Positions 1 to 10,392 of a stretch of 32,000 nucleotides of DNA are shown here, in pieces. How positions within the stretch are numbered: position 1 is the first letter of the stretch; the number at the start of each line of letters is the position of its first letter. A program made the position numbers and the translations under genes. Source of the stretch: Paramicrosporidium saccamoebae KSL3 (taxonomy: Eukaryota > Fungi > Cryptomycota). The notes under the pieces are model-generated. The model saw only the letters and a list, made by a program, of their open reading frames with translations. It searched no databases and was not told where the DNA came from. The stretch covers positions 75,495-107,494 of the forward strand of contig MTSL01000134.1 of the NCBI GenBank assembly GCA_002794465.1. Reading direction: 5' to 3'.

Positions 1-2047
1 TTAGACGGAGCAGTATTTTGAGGGTCGTCTCCAATTTCCATTTCTGAAGCGTCCTCAATCGCTGATGGTGCTGATAATAGACAAAATTTTGGGTACACAA
101 ATGCTCTTCCATCTTTTTTGATTGAAAGGCCTGCTGCCATCGCTCGAATCCACGATAATAGCATATGTATTCCTTCCCCTTTGCATACTCCTCGAGTTTT
201 CCTTCAATTCCGCGTCTGGACGCTATCCGCTTCCCCGCCAATCCCCGCATCTTTCTCAGTGTACGTTTTTTGCATCTCCATGGCCTCCTAAAACAAATTT
301 AGTTAACCACCAAAGTGTACTGTCGAAGATAAAAGGCCACATTAGCATCCATTCGCCAGCCCTTCATCACCTCCGACTTTAAGGTCCGATTTTTGTGCGC
401 CTCGTGCAGTTCCACGCGTCGATTCAAAACGGCAATTTTGCGCCATCCCATAAACACTGCAGCCATTCCTGCTCTCCCAAAGGCATCGCTCCACGTGAGA
501 CTTCGGGGCAGATTGATTTGTGATCGTGACTTTACTCGCACATAATGACGGAGCCGCAATCTTGTCTGCAGCAAACGTCGCCAGTTTGCAAATGACGACT
601 CTTTGAGGTTACTGTTTTCCTTGACAGCATCCACTCGCAATTTCCACGCCGTCACCACATTGCGGAACAGTCTTGATCGATACAGCGAATCAGCCGCTTG
701 ACGCGTTTCCCTCCATAATCTCCATCGTGAAAACGACAATCGGGCGTCTCTATTAGCCCGCAATGTTCTCACCTTTTCGCTACTGCGAGCCACCCATCGA
801 GTGACCTCACGCCAAACCTTTAGAAACAGCGTCGCTGATTGTTTGGTGTGTCGATAGATCATCACCTGCGCCGAGTTGCGGAGAGTTCCAGTGACGACAG
901 TTTTGGTGCGCCATCTCTGCAGAGCACCCACAAATAGTTTACGGACGTAGAAATTGTCGGCATTTAGCACTTGTCGACTATGGTAGTCAAGCGTGCTACG
1001 CCATCTCCCCAAAAAGTGATTCATTCTCAGCGATCTCTTTCGTTTCTCCCTCCACACATTCAGAGCATCTCCAGCCCGACGCTGTAGATAGTGACGACGT
1101 GCATGCTCTCCTGCCACAAATGTCTTTGTATATACTGTTAACCACGTGCAAAAGGCAGGTCGTGCGTGTCTGGTTTGGTCATATAGACAGGCCAATTTCA
1201 TGTAATTTCCCTTCTTCGTGCTCAATCCTCGCCAATGCTCCAAGGCACCGCGTTTGTCATTGATAATGTCTCGCACACGACGACGCTGTAACTTTGCACT
1301 TCCACGCCATTCACGAAACACAAATTTGGCCACTGTAGCGCAATTGGCGGTTGGGCTGAACATGCTGTCTCTCACGCGGTAGCCGTGTCCAACGTAGGTG
1401 AGCTTCAGGTGCAGCCATTTGCGCCATGCGCGTATTGCCGTCTGTGCCGTTTCCACTGCATGACATCCCAACACCCGTCTCGCCCGATATGCCACTTGCC
1501 ATTTATGGAATGCATTTGCCACTGGATTGGTTTCCTGCTTTAGGATGGGCTTGAGAAAGAGATCCGATCCAAAATTCATTTTCCCCTCCAAAGGCTTTCC
1601 GAATCGACGCGTGCTGTGTACACCGGTGCGCCATCGCGAAAAATACTTTTTTGCCTTGGTTTGGACTATTTTTTGTTGCACAGCCACCACCCAGCGGGAA
1701 TCCCGTAGCAGCTCAATGGCCTGACCAAAGGAGAAATGCGACAGCAGTTGGACCAGTTCTATGTAGCGATTGGTCATGTCAATGGCCTTTTCTGTGACAC
1801 CGAGGGCGCGTACTACTTGGAGCAAAGCCGCCAGGAGCAGTCGGAGACGGACTGTACTGTTGGAATTGTGGGTAACCCGCATGACTACGGTGCGCGCAGA
1901 GAGCAGCTGGGCCAGAGCCACCGTCTTTGCCAACAACTTTGTCTCTACAGAGTATTACCAACAACTATGAATAACGGTACCTGAGACGGAAGCCGGAGTC
2001 ATCAGAGAGGTTTGTGTGGAAGGCATCTCTTTGCCCGCCAATAACAT
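1..2047 (-). CDS. SFI1: Sfi1-like spindle pole body/centrin-binding repeat protein; runs off the left edge of the window
   Basis: Basic helical protein with Trp-containing repeats spaced about 23-33 aa (e.g. AFHKWQ, AIRAWRKW, VFREWR, ALQRWR, SFSRWR). Model: exons 2047-1981, 1944-321, 287-<1, with GT-AG introns 1980-1945 (36 nt) and 320-288 (33 nt). The last exon stays open to base 1 and has further repeats (FERWQQ, LQKWKL). Confidence 0.8.
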
Positions 2048-2379
2048 GGTCCCGTGAAACTGAAATTAATTTGTTAACATGGTTCTGATTTGCGCGACGC
2101 TTGATCCATACCGGTTCTAGTCCGTGCAAGCGTTTCGATCTGTGCCGGGTTTTTGATCCGTGTGAGATTTCGGTTTGTAATAAAGACTCTTATCTCTGAC
2201 TAATAGAGAGCATGATATTTACTTTCCCACAATCACCAAAAGACCTTTTACCCCTAATCAATAGAGACACTCTCTCACGGCATGAAAAAGATAATCAGTC
2301 AGATCTAGTATAGACATTGTTGTTTGGGATTGAAATTACAAACAGTGACATTTGATGTGGATATGCTGACTTTTAAACA

Positions 2380-2675
2380 TTACCGCATTGTCGCACTATC
2401 ACGTGCAGTCGCAATCGGCACCGTAGTATTCTTCTCTGCTGCTTCCAATTCCGCGCGAAGACGTATTTGTTCTTCGTGTTCAAGTATATTCAGTCGCTTC
2501 CTTTCCCTCCTTTCTTCGTCCCTTTCCAATCCCGCTCGCAGTCTCTATAAACTCATGCATCCTACCATGTTTGGAATACTGCACGTTGGTCATCTTGGTC
2601 TTTGTAAACTAGATGTATGACGGTGGTGGTGAATACAATTGAGGCTGCCAATGTGCTCCATGCCAGTTTTGACAT
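2380..2675 (-). CDS. PET117: Cytochrome c oxidase assembly factor Pet117
   Basis: Removing the 35-nt intron 2579-2545 gives MSKLAWSTLAASIVFTTTVIHLVYKDQDDQRA|RLRAGLERDEERRERKRLNILEHEEQIRLRAEL. This matches the Pet117 pattern of an N-terminal hydrophobic segment followed by a charged helix; 86 aa. Confidence 0.8.
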
Positions 2676-2706
2676 GCCCCGGCCTGCCTGAGTTTCAATT
2701 TCTGCA

Positions 2707-3524
2707 ATGCTCGCTCGCATGCTGAATAGAGGGATGGTTGCGCGTTCACTAAATAAGGGGATTGGTCCTCGTACGCTGGAAAAATGGGCTGTTGCTCGCA
2801 TGCTCAACACTGACACGACCTCGACTGCCAGTCAGCCAAAGAAAATTACCGGTACTCTCCCTTCTCCACCCTAACTGTACAGAGGAAGAGGCACGCAGCA
2901 AGGCCCAGTCATTGTTGCAATATTTTCCGGGAGAAACCATGGTGAGGAAGGCCACTTATGCCAGCTTGACAGGTGGTTTGACGGCATTCCTTGTCGCCAA
3001 TGGAATCTACATTCCAAACGATGAGACGCTCATTCTGATTGCCTTTCTCGTTGTCACGCGTGTCTTGTACGTCAAACTGGGCACTCCCATCGCCAATCTC
3101 ATCGACTCCAGCATCAACGTACTCGTGCAGATTGATTCCACCCTTTTAGGAGCTGAAGCTGAAAATGTCCTCGAGTCGAACCGCAAAGATGGACACTATT
3201 AATTTGGAAATTACCGAATTGGAGACTCTGCGCGACTTGCCCGCCATTGCTGTCGGTCTCTTTGAGACGAAGCGCGAAAATGTGGTGCTCGAGGCAGAGC
3301 TCGCCGAATTGCTCGAACGTAACAAGCTCTTAGGCGAGGTAAAAGTGAAACTGGATGACGCAGTGCGGAAGGCGGGAGAGAAGAAGATTGCTGAGCGCAG
3401 GGCGCTTGTCGATTCGATCATGGCAGGAGTGATGACAGAGCTGAAGGAGAGTAAGCTGCAGGGTCGCATTTTGAAGCAGGCTTTGGCAGACTTGGAGCGT
3501 GTTCCAGTCCAGTCGCAGCTCTAG
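2707..3524 (+). CDS. ATP4: Mitochondrial ATP synthase peripheral-stalk subunit b
   Basis: Arg-rich presequence, then KAQSLLQYFPGET...GIYIPNDETLILIAF and a coiled-coil stalk. Introns 2852-2882 and 3119-3149 (31 nt each) join track ORFs 2762 and 3165 in frame; 251 aa. Confidence 0.9.
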
Positions 3525-3540
3525 GTAGTAAATCACTTTA

Positions 3541-4068
3541 TTATGCGCCATACTTGGGGGCTTTGTCTAGAATGTATAATAGCTCTTGATACAACTGGTC
3601 CCTCTGTATTATCCCAAGACAACCATGTTGCAGTACCGCCAACGGTTCAAAGACAGTAATATTGTCATGTCGCACCCTCTCATTGCCTACCATTTCGACA
3701 ATTGATATCGTTCTTATAGGGGCGTCTTTCCTCATCAGAAAGGATGGAGTGGCACCACAAGCCTTGGCATTATCCACCCGGGATTGGAATTCTTCCCGAA
3801 AGCTGCACTCTGCAAACTCTGTAGTGTACACGCACACAAGAATCGTATCTGCAGGTCTTTCAACTGTTGATGGGTCAACATCGCCTTTAGAATATCGTGC
3901 TATCGAACCCACAGCAAAGTCCCAAGTAAGCTCTGGTAGCTCCACCACATCAGACCTATTGTGTTGGTCGTATGATACAATGATTCCTTTGGAACTCTTT
4001 CCGGTAATAAATTCACCCGTCTCGAGGGGACTACAGTATTTTTCAATAATGAGTATTTTAGAGATCAT
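3541..4068 (-). CDS. Hypothetical protein, 175 aa
   Basis: ATG-initiated open frame filling the gap between ATP4 and PPX1, with globular alpha/beta composition. No family recognised. Confidence 0.6.
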   Translation of the reverse strand: MISKILIIEKYCSPLETGEFITGKSSKGIIVSYDQHNRSDVVELPELTWDFAVGSIARYSKGDVDPSTVERPADTILVCVYTTEFAECSFREEFQSRVDNAKACGATPSFLMRKDAPIRTISIVEMVGNERVRHDNITVFEPLAVLQHGCLGIIQRDQLYQELLYILDKAPKYGA

Positions 4069-4174
4069 TCTATAGACCCCAGTCGGATAGGTGGGAATCC
4101 TGAATGTTATTGTACGGACGGTATCACAGTTAGAGATTCTACCACCATTTTTAATCTATGTCTTGTTGTCATTC

Positions 4175-5358
4175 TTATGGAAATTGTGAGGCCATGAACG
4201 CTTTGGTTATCGGATGAAACTGCTTCCTCGAAATAGTAGTGTTATGCTGATCATACAGCGCAAAATTGGCACCAGAGACTATTAGTTCTAGACGAACATC
4301 TTTGGATTGAAGCAGCTCGTATAGCTCGGCCACGATGGCAGGGTTTTCTGGTTTGGAAAAGATGGCAAACTGTTGAGAATGGGTTGTTGAGCCTCGTTCT
4401 CTTATGGAATTGGTCATTAGGAGAAGCTGAATGTCTTCATCGGCCATGAAGCGCTGTACGCTTCCAACCCAGCTATCAAGATTCTCGTTGTTGGTGCCAA
4501 TCATCACGGAGAATGGGACATGGAAGGTGGAGATTCCATAATAAATCACCGAGTTCTTGGGATGATGCACATACAATTTGTAATCCTTATAGAGCAGGTC
4601 GTAAATGCCGAATCTGTCCTCTGGGACAGACGATATGGCTTCCTCTAATTCATGCATTACATTTGTTCCCTCTTGCTGGACTTGCGTAAAAGACGACGAC
4701 AAAATTCGGACAGCATCGATATCAATGGGCTTTTGCCGCCATGTCAAATTGACTGTATCAAAGATGATTGTTTGCAAAAGTAGTCGGGCAAGGTGTTCCA
4801 AGCGTTCAGTCATTTTGCCATTCTTTGCCATTTCCACAATCAGACTGGCCGTGCTGCCACAGACCTTGACGATACGGGGAACAGCGTCCAGAAAGTGACC
4901 GGCATCTTCGTGGTGGTCTATGATGCTGCACACTCGGGGCTTCAGGCCTGGATATTTCCGATGCCACCGTCCAGAGGGCTCATTATGATCCACAAGGACC
5001 ACATTTAACGTGTTTTGAGCCTTGCTTGCAGCAGAGAGTACGTTGTCCATAAAGAGCAGGTCTCGGGTCTCAAGACCATTCTCCTTCAGAGCCATTTGTA
5101 TCTCCCCTCTCATATCAAGGATGCGAGGAATCGGCGAGTTGATAAAGGGAATCAACGGTCTTCCGTCCAACGTATCATTAAGATAGGCGTAAGATAGGGA
5201 GCTGACAATAGAGTCCAAGTCTGCCACATCAAACCACAACCGACAGTCGTACCTCCAGCTTCATTGCCGCACACAAATACACCAGCATTCACCCCACCAT
5301 CCCTGAATAACGCACTGCGCTCCTTGACAAATGCTGCCAGATTCATACTGCCTAGCAT
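4175..5358 (-). CDS. PPX1: Exopolyphosphatase, DHH/Prune family
   Basis: The 32-nt intron 5252-5221 rebuilds VCGNEAGDLDSIVSSL (DHH motif I). Also LVDHN, IIDHH and CGSTASLI, plus a DHHA2-like C-terminus. Confidence 0.92.
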
Positions 5359-5392
5359 GCAACGACGCGCCGGGACCAGCCAATTACCGGCC

Positions 5393-6006
5393 ATGGCTGC
5401 GCCCCTCCTCCAGTTGTTCCTGAATGAATTAATCGTGGAATTTTCCTTCGTCGATTTTAAACACACTGAGCTAGCTCGTCTTCCCTGTTCATTTTGCGGA
5501 CAACATTGTCGCAATTTTGGTATAATGTACACACAATGCTAACTAATGAAAAGAGCGTAGACAGGGACACGATATTTATGGAAGGAAAATTGATAATCAT
5601 GACGCCAATGGCGAGCTGGTGGAATGTGGAATTTGTAAAAAGACAGTAGCTGCCGCCCGGTTTGCACCACATCTGGAGAAATGCATGGGACTCGGCAGGA
5701 CGGGGAGGGCGAAGCGCAACATTAAGAATCGCAACAAGACACTGCCGTCCTCTGCGAGCGATTTGGATGATTCGCAGTATTCAACGGGAATGCTGGATAA
5801 TGACCACTCGCTCGGATTTGGTGTAGACTCTGATGATCCCTACTCTGGAAAAAGTAAACCCGTATCCTTGGTTGATTGTTGTAGAGAGCAAGAAGAAGAA
5901 GCTTGACCGTCCCACGCCCAATAGTGCAGTCAGTTTGATTACAGATGATTTTAATGCATCAACTCACGGACTGTTAGGCAATCTCATGCTACCAAATCTT
6001 GAGTAA
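5393..6006 (+). CDS. SGF11: SAGA deubiquitination-module subunit Sgf11 (ATXN7L3-like)
   Basis: Zinc finger ECGICKKTVAAARFAPHLEKCMGLGR with an upstream DIYG. Introns 5520-5553 and probably 5854-5884; the last exon is less certain (unspliced stop at 5906). Confidence 0.88.
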
Positions 6007-6039
6007 AAAACAAATAAAATCGTCTTTAGGCGGCGCGCA

Positions 6040-6804
6040 ATGTTGTCGGTGCCAAAAGACACCCTAAGCGAAGACAAGGAAAATAGCGTCCGTCACGACA
6101 CCCCCCATGGCAAACAGAATGGACTGACCACAAAACGCACATTCTCTTCCATTCAGACGCCATTGGGCGCAAAGGCGGGCACTCCGGCCACACACCGACA
6201 CCCCATCCTGCGGGACATTACAAATTCGGCAAATGCATTGCGAGCAAACGACACGAGTGAGAAACGCATAGGGTTGGTACGCAGTGGCAGTAAGCCCACC
6301 GTGGAAAGCAAGCTGAGGATTGCTGACCCCGAAAGCGTCCCTGATCCACAGACCATTGAGGAGCTGCTAGCATTGCCAGACGATCTGCTTCCTGATATTG
6401 AACGTGTTCCGGCACTCCAGGAGAGGGACGAATTTGAGGGACTGCCGCTGATCAAGGACATTTCCCATGTCGAGGTGACTGGTTGCAGTCCGACCTGGGA
6501 TGCCGAATGCGATGAAATCTTACAGAGTGCCGCAAAAAGCCGAAAACTTTTACACGACCACATTACCCATGCACTACGAGATCTCGTCATCCGACCAAGT
6601 GATTTCGATTGGGCCTTTGATGCAATGGATCCGTCAAGGGATCCCTCTCCGTGTCGCTTCGACGGAGCGGATCTATTAGCCAATCTCTCTTCGTGTCGTT
6701 TTGATCAAGTGGATCTTCTTGACAGCCAAGGGGATGAGGCGGATCTATTAGATGATCTCGCCTCGGGCCGTTCCGACGACCAACTCTCTCAAGCTTACTG
6801 CTAG
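6040..6804 (+). CDS. Probable securin (separase inhibitor)
   Basis: Low-complexity protein with a KEN box (DKENS), a D-box-like HPILRDITN, and PDIERVP matching the securin D-I-E-x-x-P pseudo-substrate motif, in the expected order. Confidence 0.62.
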   Translation: MLSVPKDTLSEDKENSVRHDTPHGKQNGLTTKRTFSSIQTPLGAKAGTPATHRHPILRDITNSANALRANDTSEKRIGLVRSGSKPTVESKLRIADPESVPDPQTIEELLALPDDLLPDIERVPALQERDEFEGLPLIKDISHVEVTGCSPTWDAECDEILQSAAKSRKLLHDHITHALRDLVIRPSDFDWAFDAMDPSRDPSPCRFDGADLLANLSSCRFDQVDLLDSQGDEADLLDDLASGRSDDQLSQAYC

Positions 6805-6831
6805 TGTAAAACAATTTATTGCACAACCGTG

Positions 6832-7499
6832 TCACATTGTAAATGGCTTCAGTGGGCCTACATAAATGTTAATGGTAATAGAAAAGAGATGCCTGTGTGG
6901 GGTTTGTAGCCAAGACCCTTCTTAAGACTCTCCTTCAGATCAAACTTTTTGCGCGCTTCGGCGGGCTTTACTTCGATTGGGTTTGTAGGAATCTTGGCAA
7001 CTTCGGGAGCCTTTGGCTTGGCGCCATTAGCGTAGGGATAGAGTCGACTGGAAGGGCCAGCAATTGTGACTGTAGTCTTCTTAACAGGCACAGTGGGTTT
7101 GAGCTGTGCTCGTGGGATGGCAGAAGGTCTCCTGGGCGAAGATCTCACTGCGGTTGTCGCAGTTATTGTCTGTAACACGGCGGGATTGGCGGCAGTGTCA
7201 ATTTGAAGTTTCTCCAGCTTTTCTCTCGTCTCGCCAATTTCAGCAAATTCCCCATCTTCCTCCTCTACTGGGGAATCGTCCATGGTGTCTTCTTCAGCAG
7301 AACCCTCTGGAATCTCATCCATTGCCCTTCCAACCCGAAACAATTTCTCAATCAGTTCAACATTCTACCAAAACATCACGCATCAAACAATCTCAACCTT
7401 CCCAGTACCCTTTATATCGTGTTGCTTGCACAGCGCCTGTAGTTCCTTCCTCTTGCAAGTTTCCAAGAACACGCGCTCATACGGCGCTTGCGATTCCAT
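6832..7499 (-). CDS. NUSAP1: NuSAP-like microtubule/chromatin protein
   Basis: N-terminal SAP-like ELQALCKQHDIKGTGK|NVELIEKL (intron 7397-7365). C-terminal KKFDLKESLKKGLGYKPHTG|PLKPF matches the NuSAP FDLKxSL..PLxYxPHxGxLKP motif after removing intron 6892-6858. Confidence 0.75.
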
Positions 7500-7528
7500 T
7501 CAAGAAAAGAAAACTAATTTAATTACAA

Positions 7529-8809
7529 ATGCCCGCGGAGATGAAGGACACTGTGGAGTATCTGCAGTCATTGGCTGCGGTACGTGAGCGTTGCGAGGCA
7601 GTGTTGGAGCTGGGCTTGGCAGACAAGTTGGAATGTTTTAGTGTCAGGTTGGATAAATTGCCAGAGGCTGCGGAGATGATTACAAAGTTGATTATTAGGG
7701 ATTATGGTAATGTCGGGCCTGCAGAGGTTGATTCGACGATTGCAAACATTCCACCGCATGGAAGGTGGCGTCATTTTGGAGCTGAGAATGTAGAACGGTT
7801 GATTAAGGAGCTTGAAGTGGCGCTCAACGGAGATAAGATAAAGATTACAACATCGATGCTTGATCTGTTCATTGTGGCAGTATTATTGGATGCAGGCGCT
7901 GGCGATGCCTGGAAGTACAACGATAATGGAAAGACGATTGTTCGCTCAGAGGGACTGGCAGTGGCGGCTCTCCGTATGTTTCAGTCTGGATTATTCTCTT
8001 CGTCAGAAAAGCTGCGTGTTGACTCGAGGGGATTGAAGAATTTAAAAGAATCAGATCTCGTAGCTGGATTCCAGGTGAGCCAAGATAATCCTCTGCTTGG
8101 TGTTGGTGGAAGACTTGCTCTCTTACACCAACTGGGAAACGTCATTGAGAAACAGACGCAATACTTTCCCAAGGACTCTGAGGGATTTTCTCGCCCGGGT
8201 GCATTGGTAGAGTATTTGACCACAAAGCAATCTGCAAAATCCCAAGTCCATATTGACGTCTTTTGGGATCTGGTTATTAATGGTTTTGGAGGAGTTTGGC
8301 CTGAATCGCGGACAAAGCTGAACGGCGTCTCTTTGGGCGATGTCTGGCCTTGTGCAGTACTCGGGTGTCTGATTCCATTCCACAAACTGTCTCAGTGGCT
8401 TTCATACTCTCTAATGGAGCCAATCTCGTACTTTCTCGGGATCGAATTTGTCAATGCCGAAAAGATGACCGGTCTTGCAGAGTATCGAAATGGTGGCCTA
8501 TTCGTCGATTTGAGTATAATTACCCTTAAGGAATCAGCCAAAAAGTATGGAATACAATCTGCAGACTTTTCCGTTCCGACATTTGCTCCTGACAGTCCGG
8601 TGATTGTCGAATGGAGAGCCCTCACTGTTGCACTTATTGATCGATTAGCCATTCTGATGCGCAGTCAATTAAAGGTCAATGCAGAATGCCTGCCGCTCCC
8701 AAAGCTCCTGGAGGCGGGGACATGGAAGGCGGGTCGTGAGATTGCCAAGCAGCTGCGCCCGGGAGGTGGGCCGCCAATCGCGCTCCTTTCGGATGGCACC
8801 TTATTTTAA
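7529..8809 (+). CDS. URC4: DUF1688 protein (Urc4/Urg3-like, uracil catabolism associated), copy A
   Basis: LLDAGAG, RSEGLAVA, GDVW, FHKLSQWLSYSL, TGLAEYRNGGLF, EWRALTV, LEAGTWKAGRE. Confidence 0.88.
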   Translation: MPAEMKDTVEYLQSLAAVRERCEAVLELGLADKLECFSVRLDKLPEAAEMITKLIIRDYGNVGPAEVDSTIANIPPHGRWRHFGAENVERLIKELEVALNGDKIKITTSMLDLFIVAVLLDAGAGDAWKYNDNGKTIVRSEGLAVAALRMFQSGLFSSSEKLRVDSRGLKNLKESDLVAGFQVSQDNPLLGVGGRLALLHQLGNVIEKQTQYFPKDSEGFSRPGALVEYLTTKQSAKSQVHIDVFWDLVINGFGGVWPESRTKLNGVSLGDVWPCAVLGCLIPFHKLSQWLSYSLMEPISYFLGIEFVNAEKMTGLAEYRNGGLFVDLSIITLKESAKKYGIQSADFSVPTFAPDSPVIVEWRALTVALIDRLAILMRSQLKVNAECLPLPKLLEAGTWKAGREIAKQLRPGGGPPIALLSDGTLF

Positions 8810-8853
8810 TGAATAAATCGTATCTTTGGGTAATATTGCGTCGGACTTTTGCA

Positions 8854-10392
8854 ATGCCATCTGTTCCATGTGGCGACTCGGTCCCATATTTGCAGAGCCT
8901 TCCAGCTATACGTGAGCGCTGTGAGTCAGTTTTTGAGTTGGGAATGGCAGGGAAGCTTGAGCATTTTGAGCTCAATTTGAGCCGGCTCAGTGAAGCAGCA
9001 GACATGATTGACAAGCTGATTATACGGGATTTCGGGAAAATTGACAGCGAGCATGTCGAACAGACTCTACAGAAAATCCCGTTTGGCAGATGGCGGCATT
9101 TTGGCACCGAGAACCAGAAGAGTCTATTGTCAGAACTGGGTGCACTGGACAAGATGGAGTTGACGCGCTCAGTGCTGGATCTGATTGTAGTCTCTGTGTT
9201 GTTGGATGCCGGTGCAGGGGATGACTGGAAGTTTAATGACAATGGCAAGATTTTGATGCGATCCGAAGGATTGGCAGTGGCGACCCTGCGCATGTTCCAG
9301 GGGGGTATGTGGTCTTCAGTGGGAAAATTGCAGGTGGATTCGATTGGTCTAAGGGCAATACAGGAATCAGATCTTATCCACTGGTTCCAAGTTCGAAAGG
9401 ACAATCCTCTGCTGGGAGTAAAAGGACGGCTGGACCTCTTGCACAGATTGGGGAGAGTACTTGAGAGTCAGCCCGTTTATTTCCCCAAGGATGTTAACGG
9501 ATTTGCTCGTCCTGGGTCGTTGGTGGACCACCTACTAACAAGACAATGTGGACACGCGCAGATCCATGTCAATGTTCTTTGGGATGTGGTGATGAAGGGA
9601 TTTGGAGGGGTTTGGCCCGAGTCGCGAACCAAACTAGACGGAGTGTCTTTGGGAGACGTTTGGCCCTGCGCCGCTCTTGGCTTATTGGTCCCATTCCATA
9701 AGCTGTCGCAATGGCTTACATACTCCCTAATGGAGCGCATCACACATTTCCTCGACATTAACTTTCTGGAGGCTGATAAGATGACAGGATTGGCAGAGTA
9801 TAGGAACGGCGGATTGTTTATAGATCTTGGAATTCTGACGCCAAAAAAGTTGTCCAGTTTGGAACCATCGCTCCCATCCGTGTTCAATCAGTTGGTCCAG
9901 TTAATGTCAAACACGACGGCTCAACTAAAGTCTGTCAACCCTGCACTCTCTGAGGGGACAATGGAGGGGATGATGGAAGAGCTCGAAAAGTCCCCATTTC
10001 ACAAAGACCTTTTGGATGCACTGAAAGCAAAATCATTAGAGCAAAGGGCGGACGAGACACCCGGTGCAGCAACCGACGAGTGGATCGAGTATGGAAAGGA
10101 TGATTTATGCCCCGATTCTGGAGTCTTGAGCCAAAAAGAGTCTTTGATTTTGGGGTCGTCATTTCCTCCAGAAAGCCAAGTGATTATTGAATGGCGCGCC
10201 CTCACAGTTGCTCTCATGGATCGTCTAATTGCTCTGATGCGCGGACGTCTAAAAGTATCGCCTGAAAGTTTTTCATTTCCAAAGTTTTTTGTGGCTGGAT
10301 CTTGGAAGGCTGGACGTGAGCTTGCCAAGCAGCTCCGTCCGGCCACGGGTGGCCCCCCAATTTCTATAGACTCTGATGGGACGCTTTTTTAA
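8854..10392 (+). CDS. URC4: DUF1688 protein, tandem copy B with an internal insertion of about 88 aa
   Basis: Same motifs as copy A and colinear with it. The start is placed at ATG 8854 (MPSVPCGDSVPYLQSL) by alignment to copy A (MPAEMKDTVEYLQSL). Confidence 0.85.
   Translation: MPSVPCGDSVPYLQSLPAIRERCESVFELGMAGKLEHFELNLSRLSEAADMIDKLIIRDFGKIDSEHVEQTLQKIPFGRWRHFGTENQKSLLSELGALDKMELTRSVLDLIVVSVLLDAGAGDDWKFNDNGKILMRSEGLAVATLRMFQGGMWSSVGKLQVDSIGLRAIQESDLIHWFQVRKDNPLLGVKGRLDLLHRLGRVLESQPVYFPKDVNGFARPGSLVDHLLTRQCGHAQIHVNVLWDVVMKGFGGVWPESRTKLDGVSLGDVWPCAALGLLVPFHKLSQWLTYSLMERITHFLDINFLEADKMTGLAEYRNGGLFIDLGILTPKKLSSLEPSLPSVFNQLVQLMSNTTAQLKSVNPALSEGTMEGMMEELEKSPFHKDLLDALKAKSLEQRADETPGAATDEWIEYGKDDLCPDSGVLSQKESLILGSSFPPESQVIIEWRALTVALMDRLIALMRGRLKVSPESFSFPKFFVAGSWKAGRELAKQLRPATGGPPISIDSDGTLF

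Noticed and set aside
2113-2123. GGTTCTAGTCC resembling a tRNA T-loop or Pol III B-box
   Set aside because: Only a 3-bp stem, with no acceptor, D or anticodon arms; it lies in a degenerate local duplication.
2244-2251. CCTTTTAC resembling U5 snRNA loop I
   Set aside because: The leading G is missing and the flanks do not form the closing stem.
5152-5532. Track ORF suggesting a long N-terminal extension of PPX1
   Set aside because: The extension is antisense to SGF11 exon 1; the Met at 5358 gives a normal-length enzyme.
6020-6039. E2F-like GC motifs upstream of the securin candidate (TTTAGGCGGCGCGC) and SFI1 (TTTGCGCG, about 2089)
   Set aside because: Short, imperfect matches that cannot be distinguished from chance without genome-wide statistics.
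8809-8853. ATG overlapping the copy-A stop (TAATG), suggesting translational coupling of the DUF1688 genes
   Set aside because: Alignment to copy A puts the homologous start at 8854, and the 45 nt resemble the AATAAA-containing spacer seen after copy B. Not excluded, but unsupported.
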